Origin: Syntrophomonadaceae bacterium
GTDB taxonomy: Bacteria > Bacillota > Dethiobacteria > DTU022
Assembly: GCA_007121075.1 (NCBI GenBank)
Contig: SKMK01000020.1
Location: 59,647 to 123,646, forward strand
Direction of reading: 5' to 3'
DNA length: 64,000 bases
Of the stretch, positions 9,883 through 20,430 are shown one piece after another. Every line of letters starts with the position of its first letter. Position 1 is the stretch's first letter. The position numbers and the translations under genes are program-made. Below the pieces are notes generated by a model. It saw nothing but the letters and a program-made list of their open reading frames with translations. It made no database searches and had not been told where the DNA came from.

Positions 9883-10779
9883 GTGGACAATTACAAGTTC
9901 ATAGTAAATCCAATTGCCGGGGGCGGAAAAGCTAAAAAACTGGTGCCGGTCATTGAACGGGTATTTAAAGATTGCGGAGTGGAATATGATATTTACTGGA
10001 CCAGGGGCAGGGGTGACGGCATTGAGGCCGCCCGCGAAGCGACCGAAAAGGGATTTAAAGTTGTCGTTGCTGCGGGAGGGGACGGAACGGTTAACGAGGT
10101 CCTGAACGGAATAGTGGGCACGAAAGCTGTCCTGGCGGCGGTGCATGGCGGTAAAGGCAATGATTTTGCCACGGCTATGGGAATGCCGCGCGATATCGAA
10201 TCAGCCTGCCGGGCCCTGATCGAGGGCAATACCCGGGCTGTCGACCTGGGCCGGGTAATGGATCGTTATTTTATTAATTCCGTCGGGATTGGATTTGATG
10301 CCTCCGTAGCCGAGAGGGCCAACAACGGGATCAAGATGTTTAGAGGCGTGAGCGCTTACATTTACGCCTTTTTGCAAGAACTTCTCTCTTATAGCTCGGT
10401 TGAAGCGCTGATTGATACGGGTAACGGGCCGTTAAAATCAAAGCCCCTTCTGGTAGCGGTTGGCATCGGCCAGGCTTACGGTGGTGGCATGAAAATAGTT
10501 CCCGATGCCATCCAGGACGATGGCCTTTTTGATGTTTGCGTGTTCGATGATAGCATGAACCGCCTGGAATTGGTTTATCATTTCCCCAAAGTATTTTTCG
10601 GCAAGTTAAAATATGTGAAACAAATTTCGATGTACCGGACCGCAGAAGTAATAATCCACTTTAGTAAGCCCCGGTCCCTGCATATGGAAGGAGAAATATT
10701 TTACGGCGATAGCATGCATTTTACGATCGAACCGCGGGGCATGACCGTATTAACAGGCGATAAGACGGCTGATGTGTAG
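9883..10779 (+). CDS. diacylglycerol-kinase-family lipid kinase (YegS/DagK-like)
   Basis: DAGK catalytic domain: VVAAGGDGTVNEVLNG with a GGKGNDFA-type motif. GTG start. Confidence 0.75.
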   Translation: MDNYKFIVNPIAGGGKAKKLVPVIERVFKDCGVEYDIYWTRGRGDGIEAAREATEKGFKVVVAAGGDGTVNEVLNGIVGTKAVLAAVHGGKGNDFATAMGMPRDIESACRALIEGNTRAVDLGRVMDRYFINSVGIGFDASVAERANNGIKMFRGVSAYIYAFLQELLSYSSVEALIDTGNGPLKSKPLLVAVGIGQAYGGGMKIVPDAIQDDGLFDVCVFDDSMNRLELVYHFPKVFFGKLKYVKQISMYRTAEVIIHFSKPRSLHMEGEIFYGDSMHFTIEPRGMTVLTGDKTADV

Positions 10780-10869
10780 TTACAGGGACTGTTTTAAACC
10801 TTTACTTTCTCGAACAAGTGTTTTATAATGCTCTGTAGCAGAAAAAATTGGTAAAATTTATCAAGGTGG

Positions 10870-13191
10870 TTGGTTATTTTGGCCAGAAAACGTAAAAAGC
10901 GTTCCAGTCAGAATATGCAGGGCCAGGTTAAGGGCATTCTCCTGGTGGCCCTGGCCGCATTTTGTTATGTCGGCCTGGTCCAGACCGGCCAGACTGGAGG
11001 AGTGGGCCTGTTTACCAGCACCGTGTTAAGGACCATGGCCGGCGAAGCGGCAGTGGTAGTGCCTTTATTTATCGGGATATCGGGTTTGCGTTTAATAATT
11101 CCCGGTGAGAGATTTAATTTTAAGTCTAGAATGACCGGATTGTTAATCCTTTCTGTCCTGGCTATGACCTGGATCCACCTGCAATTTATAATCGGCAGGT
11201 TGGTTTACCTGCCGGCAAATGACTTAATCATGGGCAGTTTTTTACCGGGGCTGCAGGGTGAAGGAGGAGGGGCAATTGGAGCTGCCTTTGCGGTGGCCCT
11301 GTATTTTTCGATCGGTATTACCGGGACCCGGATCTTGCTTTTTGCCCTGGCCCTGATTTCTGTTCTTATGGTAGTTAATATTTCTATTAACCGGCTTCTC
11401 AATATTATTCTGCAGGTGCTGGAGCGAGTTTACGAGTTTTTGAAAAAGCTGTTTCGGGGCCTGTTCGGGTTGGCCGGAAAAGGAGTGGCCGGTTCCAAGG
11501 AAAAAATTAGAGATGCCGCCGAGAAAAGGAAGGCTGCCTCTGAAACAAAGCCAGCCGGGGCCCTGCCGGAACAGGTGGCATCCGATCAAGCGCCTGCACT
11601 GCCGGTCCAGGTTTGGAATGATCCTGCCGGGCAAACGGCGGCAGCTGATACCAGGAGTTACCAGCAAGAAAGGCAGCTTAACATAAACGAGCCGCAAAGT
11701 GAAAATGGCGGTGACGATCTGCCGCCCGTGGTGGCCAATAAAGGTAAATCTTTCTCCGACTATATTTTCCCCCCGCTGGAACTCCTATCTCTGCCCCGTT
11801 CTAACGGCGATCAGCAGTTAAAGAACAGCAAAGATAGGGCCAGGAAACTGGAAAATACCCTTCGAAATTTTGGAGTGCAGGCCAGGGTAACCCACGTTCA
11901 GGCCGGACCGACGGTTACCCGTTTTGAAGTCCAACCGGAAGCCGGGGTTAAAGTAAGCAAAATTATTGGCCTTTCTGACGACCTGGCCTTAAACCTGGCC
12001 GCTCCGCTGGTCAGGATAGAAGCTCCTATTCCCGGCAAGGCGGCCCTTGGAATCGAAGTCCCGAACAGTGTTATCTCGCTCGTTCATTTACGGGAAGTGA
12101 TTGAAGAGAATAACTTTAAGAAGAGTGCTTCCCCGTTGACCATCAGCCTGGGCAAGGATATAACCGGGGGGCCCGTAATCGCCGACCTGGCTAAAATGCC
12201 CCACCTTTTAATTGCTGGAGCGACAGGATCCGGTAAAAGCGTCTGCCTAAACACCCTTATTACCAGTATTTTATATAAAGCGCACCCGGAACAGCTGCGG
12301 TTTATGATGATCGACCCGAAAGTGGTCGAACTGATTGCATATAACGGTATCCCTCACCTTTTAATGCCAGTCCTGACCGACCCGCGCAAAGCTTCGCTGG
12401 CTTTAAGAAACATGGTCCGGGAAATGGGACGCCGCTATGATCTTTTTGCCCGTCTTGGGGTTCGCGATATCAGCACTTACAACGAGATGGCAGCTAGGGA
12501 TGATGAGCTGGAAAACCTCCCCTTCATCGTGGTCGTTATCGACGAACTGGCCGACCTGATGCATGTATCGCCCGGCGAAGTGGAAGATGCCATTGCCAGA
12601 CTGGCCCAGATGTCGCGGGCATCCGGAATACACCTTCTTGTCGCCACCCAGAGGCCTTCCGTAGATGTTCTAACCGGTATTATAAAAGCCAACATCACTT
12701 CCCGGGTTGCCTTTACAGTTTCATCCCAGTTCGATTCCCGGACGATCCTGGACATGGCCGGGGCGGAGAAATTGCTCGGCCGCGGCGATATGCTTTTTTA
12801 CCCGGTCGGAGCGGTCAAACCTTTCCGGGTCCAGGGCGCCTTCATCAGTGAAGAGGAAGTCAAAAAGATCACCGATTTCATAAAAGAACAGGGTTTGGTG
12901 GAGCAGGAAAACGGGAGCAATTTCCTTGAAACTCCGGAAGAGGTGGAAGAAGAAGAAACGGATGCCCTTTTTGCCGAAGCCGTTGACCTGGTGGTAAGGA
13001 CCGGGCAGGCTTCAATATCGCTGCTCCAAAGAAGGTTCAGGATTGGGTATACCAGGGCGGCGCGCCTGATTGACGACCTGGAAAGAAGGGGTGTTGTGGG
13101 GCAGTTTGAAGGAAGCAAACCCAGGGAAATCCTGGTCACCCCGGAGCAGGCGGCTAAAATTTGCGAAGAAAGCAAACAGGAAAATGATTAG
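10870..13191 (+). CDS. ftsK: DNA translocase FtsK/SpoIIIE
   Basis: N-terminal multi-TM region, a Pro/Gln-rich linker, a Walker A motif (GATGSGKS) and a C-terminal gamma winged-helix domain. 773 aa. Confidence 0.9.
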   Translation: MVILARKRKKRSSQNMQGQVKGILLVALAAFCYVGLVQTGQTGGVGLFTSTVLRTMAGEAAVVVPLFIGISGLRLIIPGERFNFKSRMTGLLILSVLAMTWIHLQFIIGRLVYLPANDLIMGSFLPGLQGEGGGAIGAAFAVALYFSIGITGTRILLFALALISVLMVVNISINRLLNIILQVLERVYEFLKKLFRGLFGLAGKGVAGSKEKIRDAAEKRKAASETKPAGALPEQVASDQAPALPVQVWNDPAGQTAAADTRSYQQERQLNINEPQSENGGDDLPPVVANKGKSFSDYIFPPLELLSLPRSNGDQQLKNSKDRARKLENTLRNFGVQARVTHVQAGPTVTRFEVQPEAGVKVSKIIGLSDDLALNLAAPLVRIEAPIPGKAALGIEVPNSVISLVHLREVIEENNFKKSASPLTISLGKDITGGPVIADLAKMPHLLIAGATGSGKSVCLNTLITSILYKAHPEQLRFMMIDPKVVELIAYNGIPHLLMPVLTDPRKASLALRNMVREMGRRYDLFARLGVRDISTYNEMAARDDELENLPFIVVVIDELADLMHVSPGEVEDAIARLAQMSRASGIHLLVATQRPSVDVLTGIIKANITSRVAFTVSSQFDSRTILDMAGAEKLLGRGDMLFYPVGAVKPFRVQGAFISEEEVKKITDFIKEQGLVEQENGSNFLETPEEVEEEETDALFAEAVDLVVRTGQASISLLQRRFRIGYTRAARLIDDLERRGVVGQFEGSKPREILVTPEQAAKICEESKQEND

Positions 13192-13426
13192 CAGTTTTGG
13201 CACACGACAGCCTGCTTAACTATGAGAACAATTTTGGATTAGGTTTAACAACGACCCGTATTTTGCCAGAAAGCAGGAGAATGATATTATCCGTTATTCT
13301 AACAGAACTGACAACCCGGAACGAGATCCGGCAGGAATTAAAATAGCCGCCGTATCGCTTGGCTGCTCCAAAAACAGGATCGATACAGAAGAAGTACTTG
13401 GTTACCTGGCTCAAAAAGGATTTATA

Positions 13427-14683
13427 TTGACCGACCACTATGATTCGGCGGATGTAATTTTTATCAATACCTGCGGGTTTATAGAGGATGCCCAGCAGGA
13501 ATCAATCAATACGATCCTGGAAATGATCGATACCAGAGGCTCAGAACGTCCTAAAATTATTGCCGCCGGCTGCCTGGTTGAAGTTTACGGCAAAGGGATT
13601 ATGGACAGTATTCCGGAGCTTGACGGGGCAATCGGGGTTCACAGTTACCGGGAACTGGATCAGTTTATGGAAGCACTTTTTTCCGGCAAGCGTCCGGTGC
13701 TTAAAAGTGCTCCCTCAAGCGAGTATAGCTCACTTTCTACCCGGGTTCTAACTACTCCTGTTTACACTGCTTTCGTAAAAATCGCCGATGGATGCAATAA
13801 CCGCTGCCATTACTGCATGATTCCTTCAATCAGGGGCCCGTACCGGAGCAGGGCTCCCGAAGAGATCGTGGCTGAAGTAGAGGATCTGCTTGATCGTGGA
13901 GCTTTTGAAATAAACCTGATTGCCCAGGATACCACCGCCTACGGCACAGACCTGGAAGAGCGGCCCGACCTGGCCGGTTTACTCAAACAAATACTGCAGC
14001 TTGATCGCAATTTCCGGCTCCGTATTATGTATACATATCCTTCCAGAATCGATGATAGTTTAATAGATTTGATCCGGGAAGAAAACAGGATTTGCAATTA
14101 CCTGGATATTCCCATCCAGCACAGCAGTGACTATCTCCTTGAGCAGATGGGCAGGCATTACAGGCAGGAAAATCTGCGGTCACTTTTTGCGAAACTGCGC
14201 CGCAGGATCCCGGACCTGGCCCTTAGAACCACCGTGATGGTCGGCTATCCCGGGGAGACCAGACGGCATTTCCTGGATTTGCTTAACTTTATTAAAGAGC
14301 ATCCCTTTGAAAGCCTCGGTGCCTTCACATATTCCCGCCAAAAAGAAACCCCTGCCGGCAGCCTGGAGCAGCATGTTCCCGCCCGGGTCGGCAGGAAACG
14401 CTTCCAAGAGTTAATGCTGAAACAAAGGCAGATTGCCCGCCGGATCAATCGAAAATACCTGGGCCTGAGGCTGCCGATTTTCGTTGAAGGGAAAGTGCAA
14501 ACGGGCGACAGCTGGCATTACGGCCGGACTGAATACCAGGCTCCGGAAGTGGACGGCCTGGTTTATTTTCGCTCTGTAGAAAAGCTGAAGCCGGGGTCCC
14601 TGGTTTCGGCTGAAATAAAGGCTGCCGGGCCTTACAACCTTATGGCGGCAAAGCCGCTGTTAATTGATCGACTGCCCCGATAA
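13427..14683 (+). CDS. rimO: ribosomal protein S12 methylthiotransferase RimO (radical SAM MTTase); N-terminus unresolved
   Basis: Radical SAM CxxxCxxC (CNNRCHYC) plus a TRAM domain. In-frame RimO homology (IKIAAVSLGCSKNRIDTEEVLGYL) continues about 30 codons upstream of the TTG at 13427. That upstream stretch has no ATG/GTG/TTG. See findings. Confidence 0.75.
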   Translation: MTDHYDSADVIFINTCGFIEDAQQESINTILEMIDTRGSERPKIIAAGCLVEVYGKGIMDSIPELDGAIGVHSYRELDQFMEALFSGKRPVLKSAPSSEYSSLSTRVLTTPVYTAFVKIADGCNNRCHYCMIPSIRGPYRSRAPEEIVAEVEDLLDRGAFEINLIAQDTTAYGTDLEERPDLAGLLKQILQLDRNFRLRIMYTYPSRIDDSLIDLIREENRICNYLDIPIQHSSDYLLEQMGRHYRQENLRSLFAKLRRRIPDLALRTTVMVGYPGETRRHFLDLLNFIKEHPFESLGAFTYSRQKETPAGSLEQHVPARVGRKRFQELMLKQRQIARRINRKYLGLRLPIFVEGKVQTGDSWHYGRTEYQAPEVDGLVYFRSVEKLKPGSLVSAEIKAAGPYNLMAAKPLLIDRLPR

Positions 14684-14709
14684 ATAAATTTTGAGAAGGG
14701 TGAAAAACA

Positions 14710-15954
14710 TTGCAGGCTGATCTAATCTGTGTGGGGAATGAACTGCTGACCGGATTGATAGAAAACAGCAATTCCAATTTTTTAGCCAGGAGGCTCTGGT
14801 CAGCGGGAATCGAAGTCCGTGAAGCTGCGGTGGTGGCGGACAACACCGCCGTAATTAAAAAGGCCCTGGAAAGAGCTCTTGAAAACAGCGAAATTGTGAT
14901 CATCACCGGGGGGCTCGGACCGACCGATGATGATATGACCAGGGAAGCAATTACTTCCGCCCTCAGCCTCAGGCTTGTCCTGGACCGGGACTGGCTGGAA
15001 AGGATTGAGAAATTTTTCAGCCGCCGGGGTCTCAAAATGCCCGACAATAATCGCAAGCAGGCCATGATTCCGGAAGGAGCTATCCTGCTGGAAAATCAAA
15101 GCGGAACGGCGCCGGGCTCAATGATAAAAAAAGAGGGCAGGCTAATTGTCATGCTGCCCGGCCCGCCGAATGAATTAATTCCCATGTTCGATCACTCGGT
15201 CCTGCCGGTTTTGAAAAATTTCAACCGGGGCAACCTGAGCAGGTTAAAAACCCTTAAATGCTGTGGTATAGGTGAATCGAGCCTGGAAGATAAAATTAAA
15301 AGCCTCGGGGAGTGGGGTCTGCCCCCAATTTCATATGTGGCCAGGGGGTATGAAGTCCACCTGCAGATCAAGGGACGGGGCAGCGAAGAAGAGGCAGCGG
15401 CTGCTATTGAAAAAGCGGAAAGCAGGCTCAGAGAGCTGCTCGGAGATCATATTTATGGCAGCGACGACGATACCCTGTCCGGAAAAGTGGCTGAACTGTT
15501 GACCGGTCAAAATATAACCCTGTCCCTGGCAGAGTCTTGCAGCGGCGGGCTGCTATCCAGCCTGATTACAGATATCCCGGGCAGTTCAATGTTTTACGTT
15601 GGCGGAATGGTAGCCTATAGCGGGGAAACAAAAGAGGGCGGCCTGGGAGTGGATAAGAGCCTCATGGTAAATGAAGGGCAGGTTAGCGAACCGGTGGCCC
15701 GGGCAATGGCCACCGGCGCCAGGGCAAAATTTAGCACCGATCTGGCGGTGGGCATTACCGGGATTGCCGGACCGGACGGCGGCACACCCCAGAAACCGGT
15801 CGGCCTGGTTTACATCGCCCTGGACAACGGGCGAGAATGCTATTGCAAAAAGTTAAACCTGGGCGGCGGCAGGCAGGCGGTCAAGGAGAGGACGGCCCAG
15901 GTAGCCCTGGACATGATCAGGAGAGAAGCGCTGGGTGTAAAAAGACAGCAGTAA
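14710..15954 (+). CDS. cinA: competence/damage-inducible protein CinA (MocF-like N-domain + PncC nicotinamide-nucleotide amidase domain)
   Basis: TTG start. N-terminal MoCF-biosynthesis-like domain (ITGGLGPTDDD) and C-terminal CinA domain. Conserved position upstream of recA. Confidence 0.85.
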   Translation: MQADLICVGNELLTGLIENSNSNFLARRLWSAGIEVREAAVVADNTAVIKKALERALENSEIVIITGGLGPTDDDMTREAITSALSLRLVLDRDWLERIEKFFSRRGLKMPDNNRKQAMIPEGAILLENQSGTAPGSMIKKEGRLIVMLPGPPNELIPMFDHSVLPVLKNFNRGNLSRLKTLKCCGIGESSLEDKIKSLGEWGLPPISYVARGYEVHLQIKGRGSEEEAAAAIEKAESRLRELLGDHIYGSDDDTLSGKVAELLTGQNITLSLAESCSGGLLSSLITDIPGSSMFYVGGMVAYSGETKEGGLGVDKSLMVNEGQVSEPVARAMATGARAKFSTDLAVGITGIAGPDGGTPQKPVGLVYIALDNGRECYCKKLNLGGGRQAVKERTAQVALDMIRREALGVKRQQ

Positions 15955-15997
15955 AAAAGCATGTAAGAATAAGGAGAAATGGGAGGGTTCTCGTGTT

Positions 15998-16606
15998 TTG
16001 GCCAGATTATTTATAGCAATTAATCTTTCTGATCAGCAAAAAAACGAGATTGCCGCGTTCCAGGAAAAAATAAAAGGATACATGGAAGGGATCCGCTGGG
16101 TTAAACCGGAAGGCCTGCACCTTACCCTGAAGTTTTTAGGGGAAACAGAAGAAACCCGAATCGAGCAGATAATAAAAGGTTTGGATGAAGCTGTTTCAGC
16201 TGTAAATCGGTTTGATATTATCTGTGGTAAAAGCGGTGTTTTCCCTTCACCTCGAAAAGCGCGGGTGATCTGGATCGGCCTCCGGAAGGGGAATGAAGAA
16301 GTGAGCAATCTTGCTGCCAGGGTGGACAGATCACTGACAGCGATCGGTTTCGAGCCGGAAAAACGCAGCTATACACCCCACTTAACCATCGCCAGGGCCC
16401 GCGGTTCAATAACCGGAAAAGTGATTCCTCTTTACCTGGAGCAGGAGGCTTCTTTTTGCACGTCCCCTTCCACTATCGATGGAATTACTTTATATGAAAG
16501 CAAATTATCTCCGCAGGGCGCGACGTACATAGTCCGTCACAAGGCTTTTTTGTCTGCCGAAACGCAAAAAAACTTTTTTAAAGATAATAAAGATGGCTCC
16601 GATTAA
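15998..16606 (+). CDS. thpR: RNA 2',3'-cyclic phosphodiesterase (2H family, LigT/ThpR)
   Basis: Two H-x-T-x motifs (HLTLKF and HLTIAR). About 200 aa. TTG start with the RBS AAGGAGAAATGGGAGGG. Confidence 0.8.
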   Translation: MARLFIAINLSDQQKNEIAAFQEKIKGYMEGIRWVKPEGLHLTLKFLGETEETRIEQIIKGLDEAVSAVNRFDIICGKSGVFPSPRKARVIWIGLRKGNEEVSNLAARVDRSLTAIGFEPEKRSYTPHLTIARARGSITGKVIPLYLEQEASFCTSPSTIDGITLYESKLSPQGATYIVRHKAFLSAETQKNFFKDNKDGSD

Positions 16607-16709
16607 TTGAAGTTATTATATATTATAACTATATAACCGGCAGGAAAACAGCTTTTTAAACAGAATTAATGAGGAAATAAGACGGACCTGTTAAGGAGGT
16701 TAACATAAA

Positions 16710-17831
16710 TTGGAAAAAGAGAAGGCTTTAGAATCAGCCTTGCTGCAAATTGAAAAACAATTCGGCAAGGGTTCAATTATGAAACTGGGACAGGATGCTA
16801 TTGCGGAAGTAGCGGTTATTCCTACCGGCTGCCTGGCCATAGATGCGGCCCTCGGGGTAGGGGGAGTGCCCCGGGGCAGGGTGGTGGAAATATACGGTCC
16901 GGAATCTTCAGGAAAAACCACAGTAGCGCTGCATATTATCGCCGAAGCACAGAAGCGGGGCGGTTTTGCTGCTTTTATAGATGCCGAACACGCTCTCGAC
17001 CCACAGTATGCCACCAACCTGGGTGTTAATCTTGATGAGCTCCTGGTTTCTCAGCCAGATACCGGCGAACAGGCCCTGGAAATTGCCGAGGCGTTGGTCA
17101 GGAGCGGTGCCATTGACGTCCTGGTAGTCGATTCCGTAGCCGCCCTGGTCCCCAGGGCCGAAATTGAAGGGGAAATGGGCGATTCCCATGTAGGTTTACA
17201 GGCCAGGTTGATGTCCCAGGCCCTGCGCAAACTTTCCGGTGTAATCAGCAAATCTAAAACCAGCGCCGTATTCATCAACCAGATCAGGGAGAAGGTAGGG
17301 GTAATGTTTGGCAACCCCGAAGTGACCCCCGGCGGACGGGCTTTGAAGTTTTATTCATCGGTCAGGATGGAAGTAAGAAGGATCGAATCATTAAAAATTG
17401 GATCCGATCAAATTATCGGCAACCGGACCAAAGTAAAAGTGGTTAAGAACAAAGTGGCACCTCCTTTCAAAGTTGCCGAATTTGACATTCTTTACGGAAA
17501 AGGCATATCGGCGGAAGGATCACTGATTGATCTTGGACTTGAGCATAAAGTAATCAACAAAAGCGGGGCCTGGTATTCATACGGTGACGAAAGGCTGGGC
17601 CAGGGCCGTGAAAATGTCAGGGATTACCTGATTGAAAACCCCTATATCCAGCAGGAAATTGAGAAGAAAGTCCGTGAAATGGCCGGGCTGCCCCCGGCAG
17701 CACCAGCCAGGGGAACAGACGGTTCCGCCGCGGACGGAAATGCAAACGCGGACGGAAATGCAAAGATGGAAGGATCGGCGAAGGCGGAAGCAGACAACAA
17801 GACTGGCCAAAACCAGAAAAAACAGTCTTAA
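16710..17831 (+). CDS. recA: recombinase RecA
   Basis: Walker [10 protein letters not shown] and RecA loops L1/L2. TTG start after AGGAGG. An unusual C-terminal tail (see findings). Confidence 0.95.
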   Translation: MEKEKALESALLQIEKQFGKGSIMKLGQDAIAEVAVIPTGCLAIDAALGVGGVPRGRVVEIYGPESSGKTTVALHIIAEAQKRGGFAAFIDAEHALDPQYATNLGVNLDELLVSQPDTGEQALEIAEALVRSGAIDVLVVDSVAALVPRAEIEGEMGDSHVGLQARLMSQALRKLSGVISKSKTSAVFINQIREKVGVMFGNPEVTPGGRALKFYSSVRMEVRRIESLKIGSDQIIGNRTKVKVVKNKVAPPFKVAEFDILYGKGISAEGSLIDLGLEHKVINKSGAWYSYGDERLGQGRENVRDYLIENPYIQQEIEKKVREMAGLPPAAPARGTDGSAADGNANADGNAKMEGSAKAEADNKTGQNQKKQS

Positions 17832-17846
17832 CGGAGTTGAAACCGT

Positions 17847-18335
17847 TTGGATGAAGAGGAAGCCCTAAAAAAAGCACGCAATCTGATCCTGCGGCTGCTT
17901 ACTTTCCGGGCCCGCAGCCGTAGAGAAGCTTTTGATTACCTGAAACAGAAAGGTTTTTCTGAGGAAATATGCAGTTCCATCGTCAAGGAGATGGAAGATT
18001 ACGGCTACATTAATGACGAACAGTTTGCAGAAGATTTCATCGCCGGCAGAAAAGCACGCGGCCACGGAATCAAAAAGGTCCGATACGAATTGTATATGAA
18101 GGGGATTGACGAAGGACTTATCGATCAGAAGGTCGCCAATAGCTTTGATCCGGATGAAGATCTGGCCAGGATAAAGGAAATCCTGGAGCAGCGCAGAACC
18201 AGGACGGCAAGAGTGGAAGAACCGGGTGAAGAAAATGAACGCCGCCTGAGGCGTGAGGCCGCTTTTTTAAAGCGCCGCGGATTTCAGGACAACCTGATCA
18301 TGAAAGCCCTGAGCGACTTTGATCCGGAAGAATGA
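17847..18335 (+). CDS. recX: recombination regulator RecX
   Basis: A 162 aa three-helical-repeat RecX family protein immediately downstream of recA. Confidence 0.8.
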   Translation: MDEEEALKKARNLILRLLTFRARSRREAFDYLKQKGFSEEICSSIVKEMEDYGYINDEQFAEDFIAGRKARGHGIKKVRYELYMKGIDEGLIDQKVANSFDPDEDLARIKEILEQRRTRTARVEEPGEENERRLRREAAFLKRRGFQDNLIMKALSDFDPEE

Positions 18336-18352
18336 CATATTTTAAGACATTT

Positions 18353-18381
18353 TCTTGACATAATATTTTATTAAAGCTAAA
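18353..18381 (+). promoter_or_regulatory. sigma-A-type promoter upstream of rny (TTGACA-17-TAAAAT)
   Basis: Near-consensus -35 at 18353-18358 and -10 at 18376-18381 with a 17-nt spacer. This implies a ~270-nt 5' UTR. Confidence 0.5.
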
Positions 18382-18649
18382 ATTAACTTGGAAAACAGAA
18401 AATATGTTTGGACTGAATCAGTTCATGAATCAGTTCAGTAGATAACAGTTAAGAGAAAACCCTTGGTGCTTATAAGCACTGCGGATAGATAAAAAAATAT
18501 AATGCATATTTTCAGAACGGGGAGAAAACTGTACCCTTTTCTGGCCTTTCTCTTAAAGCTGTGTCCTGGACGCAGCTTATATTATTTTAAAGAACAGTGT
18601 ACAGAGCAAAACAGTTTCAGCCCCAATCAATGAAATGGAGGTGACCAAT

Positions 18650-20185
18650 ATGCCCAATACGGTTTTGATAATTGCAGCTTCCGCACTGGTCGGAATAGGA
18701 CTTGGCTATATTATTCGAAAAGTAATTGCTGAAGCCAAGATTTCTTCCGCCGAAACCGCAGCAAAACGAATCGTTGAGGAAGCCACTCAAGAAGCCAATG
18801 CTTTGAAAAGAGAAAAAGAACTGGAGGCAAAAGAAGAAACCCACCGGCTTAGGAACGAAATTGAAAAAGAGAGCAAAGAAAGACGTTCAGAATTGCAGAG
18901 AATGGAGCGGCGGTTGCTTCAGAAAGAAGAGAGCCTTGACCGTAAAATAAGTAACGTTGAAAAAAAGGAAGAAGAGCTTCGTAAGAAGGAAGAAGAAAAC
19001 CGGAAAACTGAAGAGAAATTGGAACAGCTTCACCAGGAACAACTTTCCGAACTTGAAAAGATCTCCGGCATGACTTCAGGCGAAGCAAAAGATGTATTAA
19101 TGCAAAGGGTGCGGGAAGATATAGACCATGAAATAACGATGATGGTCAAGGACATGGAAAACCAGGCCCGGGAAGAAGGAGAGAAGAAGGCAAGGGAAAT
19201 TGTTACCCTGGCCATCCAGAGATGTGCCGCAGACCACGTTTCCGAGTCTACTGTCTCTGTCGTTTCACTGCCCAATGATGAGATGAAGGGCAGGATAATC
19301 GGCCGGGAAGGAAGAAATATCAGGGCTCTGGAAACACTAACCGGGATTGATTTGATTATTGATGATACCCCTGAAGCGGTTATAATTTCCGGATTTGATC
19401 CTATCAGGCGTGAAGTCGCCCGTATCGCCCTCGAAAAACTGGTCAGCGACGGACGGATCCATCCGGCCAGGATTGAAGAAATTGTTGAAAAAACCAGGAA
19501 AGAAATCGATGCCCAGATCAAAGAAGAAGGAGAACGGGCTGCCTTCGAAACCAAGGTTCATGGCCTGCACCCGGAACTGGTTACCCTGCTGGGTAAATTG
19601 CGCTACAGGACCAGCTATGGGCAAAACGTTCTGCAGCACTCGATTGAAGTCTCCCACCTTGCCGGAATCATGGCTGCCGAGCTGGGACTTGACATCACAT
19701 TATCCAAGCGGGCAGGCCTCTTGCATGATATCGGTAAAGCCATTGACCATGAAACAGAAGGTTCCCATGTTCAGATAGGCGGGGACCTGGCTAAGAAATA
19801 CAAAGAATCGGCGGTAATTGTCAACGCCGTTGAAGCCCATCACGGCGATACGGATTTCAATACCCTGGAAGCGGTCTTAATTCAGTCTGCGGATGCTATT
19901 TCCGCTGTCCGGCCCGGAGCCAGGCGAGAAACTCTTGAAGCTTATATTAAGAGGCTTGAAAAACTGGAGAACATTGCCGACTCTTTCGAAGGCGTGGAAA
20001 AGGCTTATGCCATCCACGCCGGACGGGAGATCAGGATCATGGTAAAACCAGACCGGATTGATGACTACTCATCGATTAAAGTAGCCCGGGATATAGTTAA
20101 AAAAGTAGAGAATGAGCTTGAGTATCCCGGACAGATTAAAGTTACTGTAATCCGGGAAACAAGGGCGGTTGATTACGCCAAATAA
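18650..20185 (+). CDS. rny: ribonuclease Y
   Basis: N-terminal TM helix, a coiled-coil, a KH domain and an HD domain (HD..HHG). ATG 18650 follows GGAGGTG. Confidence 0.95.
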   Translation: MPNTVLIIAASALVGIGLGYIIRKVIAEAKISSAETAAKRIVEEATQEANALKREKELEAKEETHRLRNEIEKESKERRSELQRMERRLLQKEESLDRKISNVEKKEEELRKKEEENRKTEEKLEQLHQEQLSELEKISGMTSGEAKDVLMQRVREDIDHEITMMVKDMENQAREEGEKKAREIVTLAIQRCAADHVSESTVSVVSLPNDEMKGRIIGREGRNIRALETLTGIDLIIDDTPEAVIISGFDPIRREVARIALEKLVSDGRIHPARIEEIVEKTRKEIDAQIKEEGERAAFETKVHGLHPELVTLLGKLRYRTSYGQNVLQHSIEVSHLAGIMAAELGLDITLSKRAGLLHDIGKAIDHETEGSHVQIGGDLAKKYKESAVIVNAVEAHHGDTDFNTLEAVLIQSADAISAVRPGARRETLEAYIKRLEKLENIADSFEGVEKAYAIHAGREIRIMVKPDRIDDYSSIKVARDIVKKVENELEYPGQIKVTVIRETRAVDYAK

Positions 20186-20274
20186 CAGGCGAGACAACGG
20201 TTATCCCGCTATTAAGCGTAACTGAGGCAGCCTGTTTATGTAAAGCAGGCCCTGTAAACCTTATTAACAGCTTA

Positions 20275-20318
20275 AAGTACCCAAATAATATTCATTTATT
20301 ATGGGGTACTTTTTTTTG
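20275..20318 (+). terminator. rho-independent terminator after rny
   Basis: AGTACCC...GGGGTACT stem followed by TTTTTTTT. Confidence 0.65.
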
Positions 20319-20430
20319 CAGGAATCATCCGGTAGTTAAAAGAATATTTATATAGAAAAGAGTTTGTCTAGTTTTAAATTCAAAGCTTTATGCATTATGA
20401 GCGGCGAGTTAACAGTCATGGGGAGATGTA

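Noticed and set aside
16607-16709. Cheo-type LexA box upstream of recA
   Set aside because: No GAAC-N4-GTTC or AAAC-N4-GTTT dyad is present. Only an AT palindrome (GTTATTATATATTATAAC) is there, which is more likely promoter DNA.
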